In this document: positions 62,970 to 64,000 of the stretch, in pieces
How positions within the stretch are numbered: position 1 is the first letter of the stretch
Layout: each line of letters starts with the position of its first letter
DNA from: Naegleria gruberi
Lineage: Eukaryota
Reading direction: 5' to 3' (one strand)
Assembly (NCBI GenBank): GCA_000004985.1
Contig: GG738894.1
DNA length: 64,000 nucleotides
Translations under genes and position numbers: made by a program
Notes under the pieces: model-generated
The model's input: only the letters and a program-made list of their open reading frames with translations
What the model was told of the DNA's origin: nothing
Databases searched by the model: none

Positions 62970-64000
62970 TTATTCCTTCCTGCACAACATAAAGATGTGC
63001 TCTGGATTCCTAGAGAACATTTTTTCAATTCTGTACTGTCTTTGACTAATGCTGGTAATTTCTACAAATTTTGTACAATCTTCATTATTTCCAGGGAATC
63101 TACCAGTCGCAAATGTTGTTCCCATACCATTAACAATTATTGTATAGTTTGTTCCACATATTATTTGTTTGATACCTTCTGATACGAGTGCATGAGGCAA
63201 TAGATTTGTAACTTCGAATAGACGGCACTGAGAAGTCTTATTTCCAATACCCAATTGACCATTAAAATTCAATCCAGCTGCAAACACTCTTTGGTCAACT
63301 GTCATGCAAAATAAATGACTTGATCCACAAGAAACATCTACTAACTTGATATTTTGGCCATCTACATTGAATTGATTAGGGTGAACATATTTCAACCAGT
63401 GGATAGAGGAAGAAGCTCTACTAGCTGAGGATTTAGAGGAAGCTGCTGAGGAAGGTTTTTCATGATTATAAGGAAGGAATTTAGGTATTAATGGCTGCAC
63501 CAACTTTCCTTGAAATGAGAAATCAACTTTTACATCCAATTCTTCTCCATTCTTCCCAGGTTCCAAATTAATATCCACTTTAACAAACTTTTCCACCACT
63601 TTTTCAGATACAGAAAATTGAGCCTCTGTTGGACGATAATTGTTCGCGACGAATGTACCATTAGCAATTACACCAGTCATTCCACAACCACATAGCCATA
63701 ATTGACCATGCTTTGCCAGGAATGCAGAATAATCACTTCCACACATTATTCCATCAATCTCAACAAATGTTTTCTTTGTTCTCAATCTTCTGTATTCCTC
63801 GGTTTCTTGTTGTGTTTCTCTCATAATTTCTACCAATCTTGGTCTGGGAACATACTTAAGTTGAGCCTTTTCTGTTTGTGATAAATCCCCTTTGATATCC
63901 AAAAATCCAAGAACTCCTAGTTGACCTTGAGAACCATTTCCGAATCCATACACTAATCCAGTATCCGTAAGGCAAATAGTATGATGATCACCACAAGCAA
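62970..64000 (-). CDS. RCC1-repeat (beta-propeller) protein, 5' end beyond the window
   Basis: RCC1-type repeats are GFGNGSQGQLG, CGSDYSAFLAKHGQLWLCGCG, SCGSSHLFCMTVDQRVFAAGLNFNGQLGIG and ICGTNYTIIV. The frame stays open upstream of the track start to nt 64000 (ACGDHHTICLTDTGLVYGFG...). Confidence 0.85.
   Translation of the reverse strand, partial: ACGDHHTICLTDTGLVYGFGNGSQGQLGVLGFLDIKGDLSQTEKAQLKYVPRPRLVEIMRETQQETEEYRRLRTKKTFVEIDGIMCGSDYSAFLAKHGQLWLCGCGMTGVIANGTFVANNYRPTEAQFSVSEKVVEKFVKVDINLEPGKNGEELDVKVDFSFQGKLVQPLIPKFLPYNHEKPSSAASSKSSASRASSSIHWLKYVHPNQFNVDGQNIKLVDVSCGSSHLFCMTVDQRVFAAGLNFNGQLGIGNKTSQCRLFEVTNLLPHALVSEGIKQIICGTNYTIIVNGMGTTFATGRFPGNNEDCTKFVEITSISQRQYRIEKMFSRNPEHIFMLCRKE

Overview
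After a 9,860-nt N gap, the window holds about 54 kb of compact, AT-rich eukaryotic nuclear DNA. Introns are very short (39-74 nt; GTAAGT, GTATGT or GTTTGT donors and AG acceptors). No prokaryotic features such as operons, CRISPR arrays or IS elements were seen. The MKQLTSLNI..GAKYISE leucine-rich-repeat family, the receptor adenylyl cyclase with a solute-binding ectodomain and the overall gene style suggest a Naegleria-like heterolobosean amoeba; this is from memory and unverified. I can support about 30 protein-coding genes, many needing splice joins of track ORFs, plus one tRNA-Lys(UUU), one 5S rRNA, one tRNA-Ala-derived relic and several repeats or motif clusters. The ORF track uses GTG/TTG as starts and ignores splicing, so I re-derived starts and exon joins by hand and anchored them to the track frames. 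The most interesting content is as follows. (1) A concentration of surface-sensor and G-protein/cAMP components: two paralogous 7TM-RGS receptors (at least one with a bacterial-type solute-binding ectodomain), a multi-PBP receptor adenylyl cyclase, an intron-containing PstS/DING-like phosphate-binding protein and a divergent G-alpha. (2) A mirror-image arrangement of LRR / 7TM-RGS head-to-head gene pairs. (3) Probable pseudoenzyme paralogues of core machinery: a GlyRS-like protein with degenerate class II motifs, a divergent EF2-like protein and an exonuclease-like domain without DEDD residues. (4) A protein combining a histone H2A-like fold with an F-box. (5) Several frame discontinuities that are either assembly indels or real biology. 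All homology calls are by-eye motif recognition, and no database search was possible.
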